Shown piece after piece: positions 51,716 through 64,000 of a DNA stretch of 64,000 nt. Both the position numbers and the translations under genes were made by a program. The notes beneath the pieces were generated by a model. That model was given only the letters and a program-made list of their open reading frames with translations. It had not been told where the DNA came from and searched no databases. Every line of letters begins with the position of its first letter. Positions within the stretch are counted from its first letter, which is position 1. Source of the DNA: Octopus sinensis (lineage: Eukaryota); assembly GCF_006345805.1 (NCBI RefSeq), contig NC_042997.1, positions 1,488,001-1,552,000 on the forward strand. Reading direction: 5' to 3'.

Positions 51716-54700
51716 CTCCATGCTATTTGTAAATGAAAATAAAAGTAATTTGAAAGAACTAAGTACTGAAAGGAAACTCAACAATATATATATGCGGGCG
51801 CGTATGCGTTTATGCATACATATATACATTCACTCATACATACATATATATATGTATGAGAGACAATTTTATCGAGTAGGTCTTATTCACAGGGACAATG
51901 TTGTTTCATTTCCTGCGATTTAAATATTAACTCCACGTTTATATAGGTTGTCGGATTAGAGCGAGATGTAGAACAAATTCCTTTGACTAGAATACTTGAT
52001 AAAGTACACTGGCTTTAATACAATTCATTTGTAATGCAACATACTCTCTTGAACAAATTTATACGACGAATGAATAGGAAGTGTAAAGCTGAGATTTTTC
52101 CTTTGTTAAATGCATCAAACTTTAAACGTGTAATTTGATAGGCACGAAAATTTTATCCATGCAGTAATATTTGCCAGAGTATATAATGAATAAATGAATT
52201 ACCCTTCACTGGTAAGCAACCAAAGCTGTAACAGTCACAATATCGACGTCAAATACAACAACATCTGTATGGAAATAAACTCAGATATAAAGAATCTAAA
52301 AATTTAAATGATAGTATAAAATGAAGAAATATTAGAAATAAACTTAAGAAAACTTAACTGGTTTCTTACATAAATTTTCTTTTATATATCACTAGAAGCA
52401 GCAATAGCGAAAGTAAGAAAAGTTCCACGAATATCAATAACAACAATCGCAGAAACAGCAGCACCAGGAACAACAAAATAATATCTTGTATATGAAAGAA
52501 AAACGAACTATGCCCCTCCGAAAAGAAAAAAAAAAGGAAAAAAAAAAGATTTCTACTAAAGGTATATGTAGATGATCAGCGAAGGAGAAAATTATGCTTC
52601 AATGAACACAAAACTATTGAACTTGATTCGTGTTCTTTCAAATGAATACTGAATGTTCAGTGAAAAAAAAATACAGGAAGATTTTTAGATGTGCGCAAGT
52701 ATATGCGGGTGTATTTGCATCTGTGCTCGAAAGTATGTATTTGAACTTTTTAGGAACGAACGAATGTAAATTTAAATGTGTGTGTCTCTTCTATATCCGT
52801 TTCTGAATGTCTGCATCTGCACAATTTTTTCCTTCTGTTTACATTTCGTTCTGTCAGAGTGTAGAATATTTTTATATGTAAGCTTCATATATTTCATTGT
52901 TTCATATGAATTTTTGTTGCATGTATGCATGCATCTATATATGTTTACATGTATATATATATATATAACAAGAGTGAGGGAGTGAAAGTGACAGGTCCAC
53001 AAATTTGCTCAAAACTTCCTTAAAGAATTAAACGTGTGTTAAATTGGTTAGAGTGCTTGTTTCGTGTTCTCGACTACTGGTGTCATAAATTCTATTTTAA
53101 CCTACTTACGAGGTCGCATAAATTTTTACACCTCTTTAATATATTTAACATTACGTTAAAACTATTTTTATATTTACTTACTCTTTCTTCTTCGTTCCTC
53201 TTTATATGCATACCTAAACGTTTTAGTTCATTGCAAGAGAGAAATATATGAAATACACGTGTTTGGGTGCTTCCTTGTGTATTTATGTATATAAACTTTC
53301 GCAGATTGATGAAGTGTAAAATAAGCTGAAAGATATGTGTGCTTTTATACAATATGCATGAAACAACCTTTCACCCTAAATATTTATACACATTGGCACA
53401 TCATAAACGAAAAATATCTCGGTCAAAATCCCCTGAACCGTTCATGTTCTCTAATCATCCGACATCCTGAATAATATAACCAAAGAGCAACATAGAGAAT
53501 TAGTATCGGTGCGATATATAAATATTAGATCTTTATCGTAAAATTGTTGTAGTTATTTTATTGGTCCAAAATTGAAACTTTATCTCGTTTTTAGTTTTTT
53601 TATAAAATATGAGAACAAACTCTTGAATTATATTTTGCAGGAGGTGACGTAACGTATGCATCGGAATGGGATAACACGTATTTCATCCTTCATGTGAATT
53701 AGGTTTCTATTTTCAAAAGTTTTGCGATTGTTTTAACAATGATAAGGATCAGAGATGTTTATTTGATGATGGATAGAAATGGCATGAGACTCAAATATCA
53801 TTACGAATAGTCCTCCTTTAAAATTCTAATGAAATCATAGGAAATCATTTATCAAAATTATTCAAAATTATTACTAATTACTAGCCTTATAAGGCTGTGG
53901 TGTTCCGGAATCTGTGGCGAAACACAGACTCTCTCTCTCTCTCTGTCCATATTAATAAAAAGGATCATGCGACAGTTACTGCAACATTTTAACTTAGAGA
54001 CTCTGTATTTATTTCTTTTTTCTTCGTTAACTAAACTTTCGAATATTCATCATCCACTTCGAATTGGTGTACTAAATTTTATAGGCAGTCCTCAAAATAT
54101 ATTATTAGATAATAATTTGAATTATTTTCTGCAACCCTTCTTGTATATTATGTTTTTACACTGTTATCTTTATAGAGTAAACGTACTTCATTCAGGTTTT
54201 ATAACAAAATATTTATCATAAAATACTAATCTACTTCATTTTATATTACACTGCATTTTATCATATTCCGATTTCCAATAAAATGTCATTAATTTTTTTA
54301 AGATGATGATGATGATCATCATCATCATACCGAAGATAATGATGATGATGATTATATTGATGATGAGGCTGCTGCTGCTGATGATCATCATCATCATGAT
54401 GGTAACAATAATAATTGTTTTAGGTGCTTTTTAATACACTTGGTTTATTTTAGTATTCTCGTTTTGCTTAATAAAAGTCGTAAATTTACAAATCATTTAA
54501 GATTTTCTTTTTATTGATGGCAACGAGGTAGCTAATAAAAACTCTCTTTCAAATAATTCCAGTCTGATAAAAGATGGTCCAACCTGATAGAATTGCCAGT
54601 GTACTGGAGTGAATATTGTGTGGTATTTCTTGCGCTTCTCTACAATTCGTATTCAAATTTCGATTTCGTCAAATTCGCATTTCCTGCATTCAATTTTCAT

Positions 54701-55121
54701 AAAATAATATTACCACTGGTGATGGATTGACGTAACACTTTGATGATCAAATCAGATGCGTTGTCTTATTTGTTCTGGTTTATTGCCTTACTGGGTCATA
54801 TGGCCTATAAAGGTGACAGAATTAATACATCGCCCGGTCGGATATTATACGCCGCTCGAAAGTCACTCGTACCAGATTTGTGGTATCTGATTAACGTACT
54901 CCTTCTCTCCAGTTTCACGGAACCTATGTACTACCACTACTTACTAAAATATATATGGATCTTTTCTGTTTGGTTGCCACGTTCCAATTTCTTCAATTTT
55001 GTTCCAACTTATTTCCACTTTGGTCAATCGATGTAGTTTTGTATCCTACCTATTTGAAGACTATGGAAATATTTACAAAACATTTCACGTTTTCTTCAAT
55101 TTGTTTTTCTTTTACTTTTAG

Positions 55122-55148
55122 TTGAAAGAGTCGAACAGCCAGTAAACG
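55122..55148 (+). CDS. Candidate 27-bp symmetric (phase 1) micro-exon, (x)ERVEQPVN(x)
   Basis: About 30-nt polypyrimidine tract ending tttacttttag, open frame, donor acg|gtaata. No homology support. Confidence 0.3.
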
Positions 55149-55752
55149 GTAATAATCTCTACAAAATGTATTTCCACGATAAAATAATTTTAGCATTTTC
55201 TACCTTGTCTTATTTACCTAATACAGATCAACTCGTGTGTTACTTTTTAAAATTCTACACAGATGTACAACCTTCTACACACACACGCACGCTCACACAC
55301 ACACACACACACACATACACACACACACACACTCACACACTCACACAGATATATATATATAAATATAAATTGTAAAAATATCGTTAAATATTATAGTTTC
55401 ACATAAATACTGCTTTAAAATTGCTGCCTGTTGAACAGTCTTTTAAATCCCTGTTTTTATGTGGAAAATATATTCTTCGGTGTTGTAAATTTATATTCTT
55501 GAAATAAGTCCCATGATGATTCTCTAAATTTAATATCTCTTCCCATTTATTTCTAAACGCTGCTCAGATTGTATTCCCTACACGACGTTTTAAATTAATA
55601 TATAAGTTCATTTTTCATATTTCAATTTCGAATTTCTCAATACATATCCCTAAATCGAAAAGGAAATATCGTTTTTAGACTATAACGTTTTTTTTTCTTA
55701 TATTATGAAACAATATAAGCAGTATCATTGTTTCTTGTAATATAATACCTGA

Positions 55753-55900
55753 AAGGCGACGAGCTGGCTGAAACGTTAGCAGGTTGGGCAATAATGCTTA
55801 GCGGCATTTCGTCTGTGTTTACCTTCTGAGTTTAAATTCCGCCGAGGTCGATTTTCCCTTTCATTCTATCGGAGTCGATCAATTATGTACCAGTTACGAC
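55753..55900 (+). mobile_element. SINE family B, 3'-truncated copy
   Basis: ggcgacgagctggctgaaacgttagc..gaggtcgattttccctttcattctatcggagtcgat..gtaccagttacg. Confidence 0.88.
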
Positions 55901-55965
55901 TGTCTCCTTACACCAAAATGTCTGACCTTGTGAGTAGAGTAGATAGAAATAAATAAAAATTAGAA

Positions 55966-56178
55966 AAGCGGCGAACTGGCAGAAGCGTTAGCATGCTGGG
56001 CGAAATCCTTAGCGGTATTTCGTCTGCCACTACGTTCTGAGTTCAAATTCCACCGAGGTCGATTTTACCTTTCATTCTTTCGGGGTCGATTAAATAAGTA
56101 CCAGTTACGCACTGGGGTCGCTATAATCGACTTATTCTGTTTGTCTGTCCTTGTTTGTCCCCTCTGTGTTTAGCCTCT
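55966..56178 (+). mobile_element. SINE family B, near full length
   Basis: Homologous to 32186-32412. Confidence 0.92.
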
Positions 56179-56296
56179 TTACTCATGCTCAGTATCGAAT
56201 AATAATATGTTCAGGTCTTAATCATTGTTGTTTTATCATACCAAATATCGGATATTACTGCGTGCACACACAAAATCACAGATACACACACACACA

Positions 56297-56329
<33 letters not shown>

Positions 56330-56333
<4 letters not shown>

Positions 56334-57520
56334 ACCCTCTTTCACTCTTCTCTTCACTCCTTCTTCCCCCCACTTCATCGTCACCCTGCCTCGTAACCAC
56401 ACCCCGCCCCTACACAATCCAACACCACCTTCCCTATCCATCCCATCCCATCACTTACACCCACTTCCACATACACCACCTCTACCTCCACCCTTGTTTT
56501 CCCCAATTTCACCTCCAAAACGCCCAGCCCCCCACATCATCACACCACACCATCCACCTCTATACCATACAACATCATACCACATAACATATATATATAT
56601 GTCTGGCAAACTAACCAGTTCGCGGAAAACCTTCGAGACATCCTACTCTGCAATGACCCCAGGTCTCGCCCCATTTCTGCTCTACCGGTCACTCTTTGCA
56701 ACACCTGTGTTGTACAGGGTCATCCGTTTCTGCCGTGAACAGGGATTAATTTTCTCCTTTGCTCCACATGGGCTCAACCTTCCTCCCCTCTTCATCTAAC
56801 TTCCTCCTCTCTCCACTCTCTCCCTCAAACCTACTTTCCTTCTCTCTTCTCTTCAAACCTACCCACCTTCTTTTCCCCCACTTCATCGTAACCCTCCCTC
56901 GTAACTACACCCCACCGCAACACAATCCATCCCCACTTTCCCTATCCATCCTATACAATCCCACACCATCACTTACACCCACTTCCTCACACACCACCTC
57001 TATCCCCACCCTCAGCTTAACTCACACCGCACCCTTGCTTTCCCCACTTTCACCTCACCCACCTCCCAAAATCATCACACCACACCACACACCTCTACAC
57101 CATACACCACCATACAACATAACACCACATCACATCACACCACACACACACACTAGCACGGATCACTTCTCAACCCCACATCCAAACACCTACACATCCA
57201 CACACGCACTCGTCAAAGTAACCAGCCCTCTTCTACACATATACACACTCTCATACACACACGCACGCGCACCTTCGGTTTGGGATCACCACTACTTTAT
57301 TATCTCTTCTTCTTCCTAACGCTCCTGTGTGACCCCTTTGACCGGCATTCACCATGATAGATCGCTAGTCATTACACATTTTTTCTCCCCTTGTTTCTTT
57401 CTGTGGAAGAGCGTAGACTCGAAACATTAAAGAATTTTCCACTTTCCGGCCGTTAAACTAATATATCTGCTTCTTGTCTACACCACCTGTGTTCGTCTTT
57501 TTTCTTGTGAATTCGCCCTA
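56330..57520 (+). mobile_element. 3' end of a Neptune-like PLE: GIY-YIG remnant (56590-56790), C-rich 3' region and pLTR with hammerhead-like motif
   Basis: IYVWQT..FAENLRDI (YVGQT..FAEHLRDI-like) and REQGLIFSFAPHGLN. A C-rich block recurs at ~56360-56590 and ~56870-57130. Motif CTGTGGA-A-GAGC GTAG ACTC-GAAAC at 57401-57425. Confidence 0.7.
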
Positions 57521-57524
57521 TATC

Positions 57525-57525
57525 C

Positions 57526-57617
<92 letters not shown>
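57525..57617. repeat. (TATC)n tetranucleotide microsatellite
   Basis: Visible run. Confidence 0.97.
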
Positions 57618-59312
57618 GTATACATATATATATATATATATATACACATATTCCCTTAGTGGTGAATATTAAATATTCGCTTTCCTGAACAACAAATACT
57701 TACTCTATAAAGACACGAATACACATTTAAAACATGTATGCGTACATATATACACGCATATACACACACACACACGCATATATGCAGGCTTTTGCATAAG
57801 CATATATGTATATATATATAAACCAAGATACACATAAACTTATACCTATCCACACATAGGTTCTTATTTAGGCAGTGAGGTAAACGACATTATTAATATT
57901 TATAGAAGTCCAACGTTGTTACAGCAAAGCGAAAGTTCGCTGCGCGTTACCAGATATATTTATTATATATTCTTGAATTTCAAATCAATTCACACAGATA
58001 TAAACGCATAAACATTCTTGAATATAAATAAATATTCTCGTACACATGCATATATGCAATCGTATATACTTAGATAATACAAACATACACACACATACAC
58101 ACACACACATATATATGTATAAATAAATATATATAGATATAGATAGAGAGATAGATCAACAATCATTCTTTTAGAGGACGTCTGTAGTTTTCAACAGATT
58201 TCATATATATTATTCCATTACCTGCGACAAGGAAGTTAAGTAAAAGTTCACATTTTACATATGCGTGCGAGTTTTCCTTGCTCCCTATAGCACTTACAAA
58301 TTTAGCTTTAGGACTTCGCACATATATTTACAACTTTCTATAAAACGTGAAATACATTTACTTTGATAGCTGGTCGTGTACATTTATTCATTAATTTGAA
58401 ATAGTATGACGAACAGGTTATTATATCAATGCCGCAAACTTTTCCTAAGTTCAGTCACCTCAGCTGTAGGACTGATAATAATTATATATTTTCTATCCAC
58501 CGGGCGTCTTTACTGCTCCATTAAGCGATGGCCTACCTGCTAGAATAGTCGGCAACAATACAAACACACAGATATACGGACACACATAGACGAGCATACT
58601 AACTTAGAGCACATTCACACTCATTCCACAAACACACTTAAACATACACACACTTACGCACACACACAAGTCCTATATAAATTAATAAAGTGGCTATCCG
58701 ATATTTTAAAACCAAAAGGCATACAAGCGTCACTAATGGTCAATAAAGTGATTAAGGGGCCAAATCAACACCAGCATTGCTAGAAATAAGTTTCATAACA
58801 ACTCTTAGCCACGGGCAAACAATTATCTATTGACTGACAAGGGCGACCAACAGTAGGCGATGATTGTCAAAACATCGATGATTTTTTATTCAGTTAATCC
58901 TCATCATTGACACCTACTAAGTTGCTTAGATGGCTAAGAGTTGTTTTGACTCTTATTTCTAACATTACTGCTGATGATTTCCTCTCTTAAAATCTCTATT
59001 ATAGGCATGTAGCCTGAACAAAGAGTGGACATAACAAGGACAGACACAACACCACAGTGGGCACAATAAACATAAAACGAATGAGGATGAATATTATATA
59101 AAAATGGAAAGTGAAATGGCTGCATGGGCCCCACTCCTCATGCAGTACCATTTGAACGTTTGTACACACTATATTACAATCGTGCTATTATCGTCTGTTG
59201 TATTTTTTTAATTATAATATTTTTACCTCTCATTCCTTCGAAACACTTTTCCTTTCTCTTTCTTTTTTCTTTTATCAAAGTAATTTTACTTCCTCGTCTT
59301 TTTTTTCCTTTT

Positions 59313-59525
59313 TTAAGGCCTCATATAAGGCTCCAGGTCTCTGAGTTCAACTATTGGTGGCAGTTCATCGAACTCCACCAATACTCCGGGTGGATCAATC
59401 TTATTTCCGCACATGTATACTAGTCTCTTATATGTTTCTTTATCGACCACAATGGCCTTTACATTTTCTGAGTATACATCCCTTGGCAACATCACTCTTA
59501 TGATGTGTTTAAATTTCGCAATTCT
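59313..59525 (-). CDS. Orphan protein-like reading frame (possible exon or pseudogene), product unknown
   Basis: Open frame RRIAKFKHIIRVMLPRDVYSENVKAIVVDKETYKRLVYMCGNKIDPPGVLVEFDELPPIVELRDLEPYMRP* with globular-protein-like composition. The frame continues upstream past one TAA. Not recognised. Confidence 0.35.
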   Translation of the reverse strand, partial: RIAKFKHIIRVMLPRDVYSENVKAIVVDKETYKRLVYMCGNKIDPPGVLVEFDELPPIVELRDLEPYMRP

Positions 59526-60254
59526 TCTTTAGTGACGTTTGTACTTGTGCATTTTGGATTTTAAATTGCAGATAGCCACCTTATAATGTTCACTTTACCA
59601 GATTACCGAATCTGCAAATGATACCTATGGTATTTGCTATAACGGGACCAGAAGCTTTATTATCATAACAATCGTTTCAGCTTCATTCTGCACTGCTAGA
59701 GCGTAACAAGAAGCTTTATTAGAACAACAACCGTTGCGGCTTAATTGTGCGAATAAAACTCCTAGTTACACTCCGTCTTCCGCATCAACCATTTAATGTG
59801 TGTGTGTGTGTGTGAAAAAATACACATTAAATACAGGATATCACCAATGTGCGAAAATACGTAAACGCACAACGAGAGACAAGTACGGGACAAAATACCA
59901 AAGATGTGTAACACCTCTTCAGTTGTCGACTGTTTATTACTACCTGTTGCTTGCCTTTAACGATAAGACAGGAGGACTTCATAAGACAACAGTATCCAGA
60001 AATTTTCAAAATATAAAATTTGGAGAGAGTTAAATTCTTCAAACGAACAAACGACCACAGAGTGGATGTTTAAGGCCGTTGAGACATGACAAATTGTAAA
60101 GGGGTAACGTCTGAGAAAAATTTTGAAAGGGTATAAAATAAATAGAATAGAAAAAAGGAGGAGAAAAAAGGTAACGAGACGCGAGAGAAATTTCGTCCGG
60201 CTAACTCGACATTCCATCCAGGAAAGAGAGAGAAACAAGAAAATGGCTTGTCAT

Positions 60255-60744
60255 CATCATCATTGTTCGACCGTGGTCGAGACAATGGAATTTACTATGT
60301 TACACCAGACTTCACGGTCCATCATAGCATTACGGAGGTCCTGTTGCTGGATGCCTGTATCCCTGGAGATTACATCAGGGTAGGAGAGTGTGCGCCCTCT
60401 GGTATTGCGAGTAGAGGCTTCCAGAGGAGAAGAGTAGAAATTCCTTCTTTTTCAGCTCTACAACAATGTCCAGCAAACTGGACTCTCCTACCTTTCACAG
60501 GAGATGACACAGGTGGTAATTTCCCATATATTTGCATTTTGGTTGGATGGCGCTTCCACGAGAGATTTTCAGCTCTCATAAGGAGGCGAGTGTAGGTTCC
60601 ATCCAACCGCCTCTCAAGCTTCTTTGATAACGTCCAGGTTTCTGAGCCATATAGTAGAATTAGGTCGACTGTGGCTTTGAATATTTCAAGTTTGAAGTCT
60701 CTACTTATATTTGATGACCAGATCTTATGCATTTTAAAAACCAA
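60255..60744 (-). mobile_element. 5'-truncated RTE-clade LINE 3' end with (GAT)n tail
   Basis: KIWSSNISRDFKLEIFKATVDLILLYGSETWTLSKKLERRLDGTYTRLLMRA..RRVQFAGHCCRA..STLLLWKP. Tail catcatcatcat at ~60255-60265 on the plus strand. Confidence 0.93.
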
Positions 60745-61004
60745 AATGGCTTGTAGTCACGTGTGAGCAACAGGCACAGGGGAAAGGAGACAAGTGGTAA
60801 AGAAATAAAGCGAGTGGGGAGAAGGAAGAAGGAAAGAAAGACAGAGGGAGGAAACAAAGAATGAGGGGGGAGAAAAAGAAATATAGAGGATTATTGAGGG
60901 ATAGAGAAAAGAGCCGCAGAAATTATATATAAATGTAAAAACTTAATGTTGACAAAGATTGCATGCCGTTCAATTATTAAATATCAACGAACCACATACA
61001 CACA

Positions 61005-61060
<56 letters not shown>

Positions 61061-62406
61061 TAAGTATGTATGTATATACTGAGGATCTGTGTTTTAATAA
61101 TGTAACCATTATTAATGTGACATAATTTACACGTGTGTTATTTTATGTGGCACTCTTCTAGGGCGTTTACGGTTTATCTAGCTCGGAGAAATGCTGTTGA
61201 ATATTTTGTACATCATACATATGATGTAGTGCTCATGGCAGCGTTGAGTTGATTTCGCCACTCGATATCTCTTTTTTGTGATTGATCTCTGGGGAAGGTT
61301 CAATTTTCATAACATCATGTATTGTGTGTGGGGACTACAGCAGGCAACAGTATTGAAGATGATGGCAAGAAAAAGTATAGAAATATAGGATAATGGTAGG
61401 GGTGTCTCTAGACCAGAAAGTCCTGAGGATCCAAGACATGTTTTCGATGGTTTGTGATTGCTTACATATACGCATTTAAATCATGGCTGAGCTACGTTTG
61501 TAAATCAACTTAATTCGTACGACTGAGAGCAACCAATGACGTCTGTTTATTACATAATATTAGCTACATTGTCTACTGCATATCTTAGAAGTATGACACG
61601 AACCTAGCTGAGTTTTTATGTTGGAATGAATTCTATATCTATGTAAGCTGCGTTCGTGTAGGCTTAAGCCTTCTGACTGTAGCCGAATTTTGAGAGAATA
61701 AGTCCAATGAGTCCAGTATCACGTTAACCAATCTGTTCTTATGCAATCCCTATGTTTGATTCTATTTTAAATCTGATATATCAAAAGAGCTGAATTTTTT
61801 ACTGAACAGTTTGAGTTCTTGCAGCGTTAAATATGACTTCCTTTGTATTGAGTTCATAAGTAGTGCATACCTATTCGAAAATGCATTCAATATTACTAAT
61901 AATATTGAATATTAGAACATACTACCCGTTTTGATGTCTAGTTTCCTGGTGTATTGAAGAAACGCAGTTCAGAACAATATCTGAACATTCTGCACAACTA
62001 ATATCAATTTCAATATAAAAGCACCATACATGTGACCATTCACTGAATCCCTAATATCACTTCCGGTCACAAAATTTAAAAACTCAGTGGAAAATTTAAA
62101 ATCTAAATTAGTAATGTTTACTGCTACAAAACACAACTACTTATTTTTAGTTGCTTAACAACCCAATGTTAGAACGTAACGTGATAGGTTATCATTCAAA
62201 TATTTTTTTTTGCTAATGGATTAGTTTTGATATTCCAGCCTAAGCACTTTCTGTATTATTTGTCAAACTAAAAATTGAGTGAAAAGCAAGCATCATACAC
62301 ATTTAGGTTGTACATCTTCGCATTTTACATGTTTCAGCAGTATCAAGAGAAAGTCATTGATAAGTCAAACCAAGGTTTATATTTCTTTAACCGTTTCTCT
62401 CTTCAG

Positions 62407-62496
62407 ATATACTGTTAATATCAATACTGAAAAAATGCTTACGGAAACATTAATGACTACTACAACAATTACGAGTAAAATGGCAACCACATACAG
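62407..62496 (+). CDS. Candidate 90-bp symmetric (phase 2) Thr-rich exon
   Basis: Branch-like ttaac plus polypyrimidine tttctctcttcag|, donor cag|gtatga. Only one frame is open: YTVNINTEKMLTETLMTTTTITSKMATTY. Confidence 0.45.
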
Positions 62497-63028
62497 GTAT
62501 GAATTTAAATGATTATTCATGATTTTAAATGATTATCTAAAACAAAATAAAACATTTTAATAATAACAGGCTAGGACCAAAAGATGAAATATGAAGGAAA
62601 ATGTATACGCATCTAAGGAAGACATGAGTAATTATCCAGTTAAATAGATATTTATAATTATACTTACATATATGCATGCGTAGGTGTATATGCAAGTGTG
62701 TGTGAGAGCGATAGAGATAGGGACAGAGATAGACAGAGAGAGAGAGCGTATGGTACGTGTGTGTATACATGTACACGCATATACATAATCATGTGCACAC
62801 ACATACATATAGCATATATATATATATATATATATGCATGCACGTGCACACACACATATACACAAGAGAAGTGAGTGAGAGAGAGCCAAAATATTTGTTT
62901 AATTAATGCGTTCTTAATGATGATATTGTCAAGGACAGAATTAAACCAACATAATGAATGATAGCGTTTTCCTTCTGGCTTAACGTAGAAACGTGACACT
63001 TGTAATTATCACTTTTTCTTTATTTCAG

Positions 63029-63087
63029 TTTAGTATGTTAAGATTTCACAATCCTGCATTAATTATTATGAGCCTATCATATGCTCG
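63029..63087 (+). CDS. Candidate 59-bp exon (FSMLRFHNPALIIMSLSYA in phase 0)
   Basis: Acceptor ctttttctttatttcag| and donor tcg|gtaagt. Phase-2 entry gives LVC-stop instead. Confidence 0.35.
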
Positions 63088-63116
63088 GTAAGTTAAATGC
63101 TGACATTGAAATATGT

Positions 63117-63171
<55 letters not shown>

Positions 63172-63740
63172 AGCGGGAACACAGACGCATGCACAAATGC
63201 ATAGAGAGAGAGAGAGAGAAGGAAAGAGACAAATATACAGAAGGAGGTCTCAGAGTACTAATCACAACATTTCAAATATTCCTATTGGTACAGGCATACG
63301 TAGACACTCAATCACACACACATAAGCACAGTTACACATAGACACACACGTACTCTCCATACAATACTTAATACTAGCCGGTACACGCAGGAAATACTCA
63401 TCTGGTAAGCTGTACCACGTATTTGCACATTGTTTCACGTACATACCTTGCTACCAGAAGAAAAATGCATATTTTACCCAGAAAATATATGAAACCCGGA
63501 AGGAGAGAATGCAGGAACGGAGGTCAGTTGGTATTCATTTCCAGTACGGAGCTATGTGAAAAGATATTACTATGATCGATAACCGGCAGTCCATAAATCG
63601 AACACACAATCATATTACCCGTATCCTAAACTTTAGACCTCGTGTCTGAATATATTTGCCTCACCCTGCATCTGCAACTTCACCACGGGGTACTATAAAT
63701 ATTTTAAAACTGAATATGTTATGAGTATTAAGTAAATTTA

Positions 63741-63903
63741 CGGCTGTGTGGTAAGTAGCTTGTTTACCAACCACATGGTTCCGGGTTCAGTCCCACTGCG
63801 TGGCACCTTGGGCAAGTGTCTTCTACTATTCTACTATAGCCTCGGGCCGGCCAAAGCCTTGTGAGTGGATTTGATAGACGGAAACTGAAAGACGTTCGTC
63901 GTA

Positions 63904-63956
<53 letters not shown>

Positions 63957-64000
63957 TTGTGTGTCTGTGTTTGTCCCCCTAGCATTGCTTGACAACCGAT
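63741..64000 (+). mobile_element. SINE family A, running off the window end
   Basis: ggctgtgtggtaagtagcttg..gggcaagtgtcttctac..(TA)n(TG)n..gcttgacaaccgat. Confidence 0.95.

Overview
Eukaryotic, AT-rich, repeat-dominated window. It is most likely intronic or intergenic DNA of an octopus (inferred from the tRNA-derived SINE families and the very high microsatellite load, not from a search). No complete protein-coding gene is recognisable. Almost all long ORFs in the track are microsatellite read-throughs, antisense frames or decayed transposon ORFs. Identifiable content: Penelope-like elements (PLEs) of two types, R4/Dong, CR1/L2-group and RTE LINE remnants, an internally deleted mariner, an internally deleted Helitron, four or five SINE families and many microsatellites. 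The most notable signal is a young (about 98-99% identical by eye) non-coding 507-bp unit at 25393-26640. It sits in a (TA)n tract as a 1.6-mer tandem plus an inverted copy, and carries an apparently intact type I hammerhead ribozyme (HHR), making it retrozyme-like. Two other HHR-like families with variant cores occur elsewhere. In-frame TGA codons at conserved Cys positions of PLE GIY-YIG domains raise a weak, testable selenocysteine hypothesis. A few plus-strand exon candidates and one orphan protein-like frame are unexplained. All identities and alignments were made by eye.
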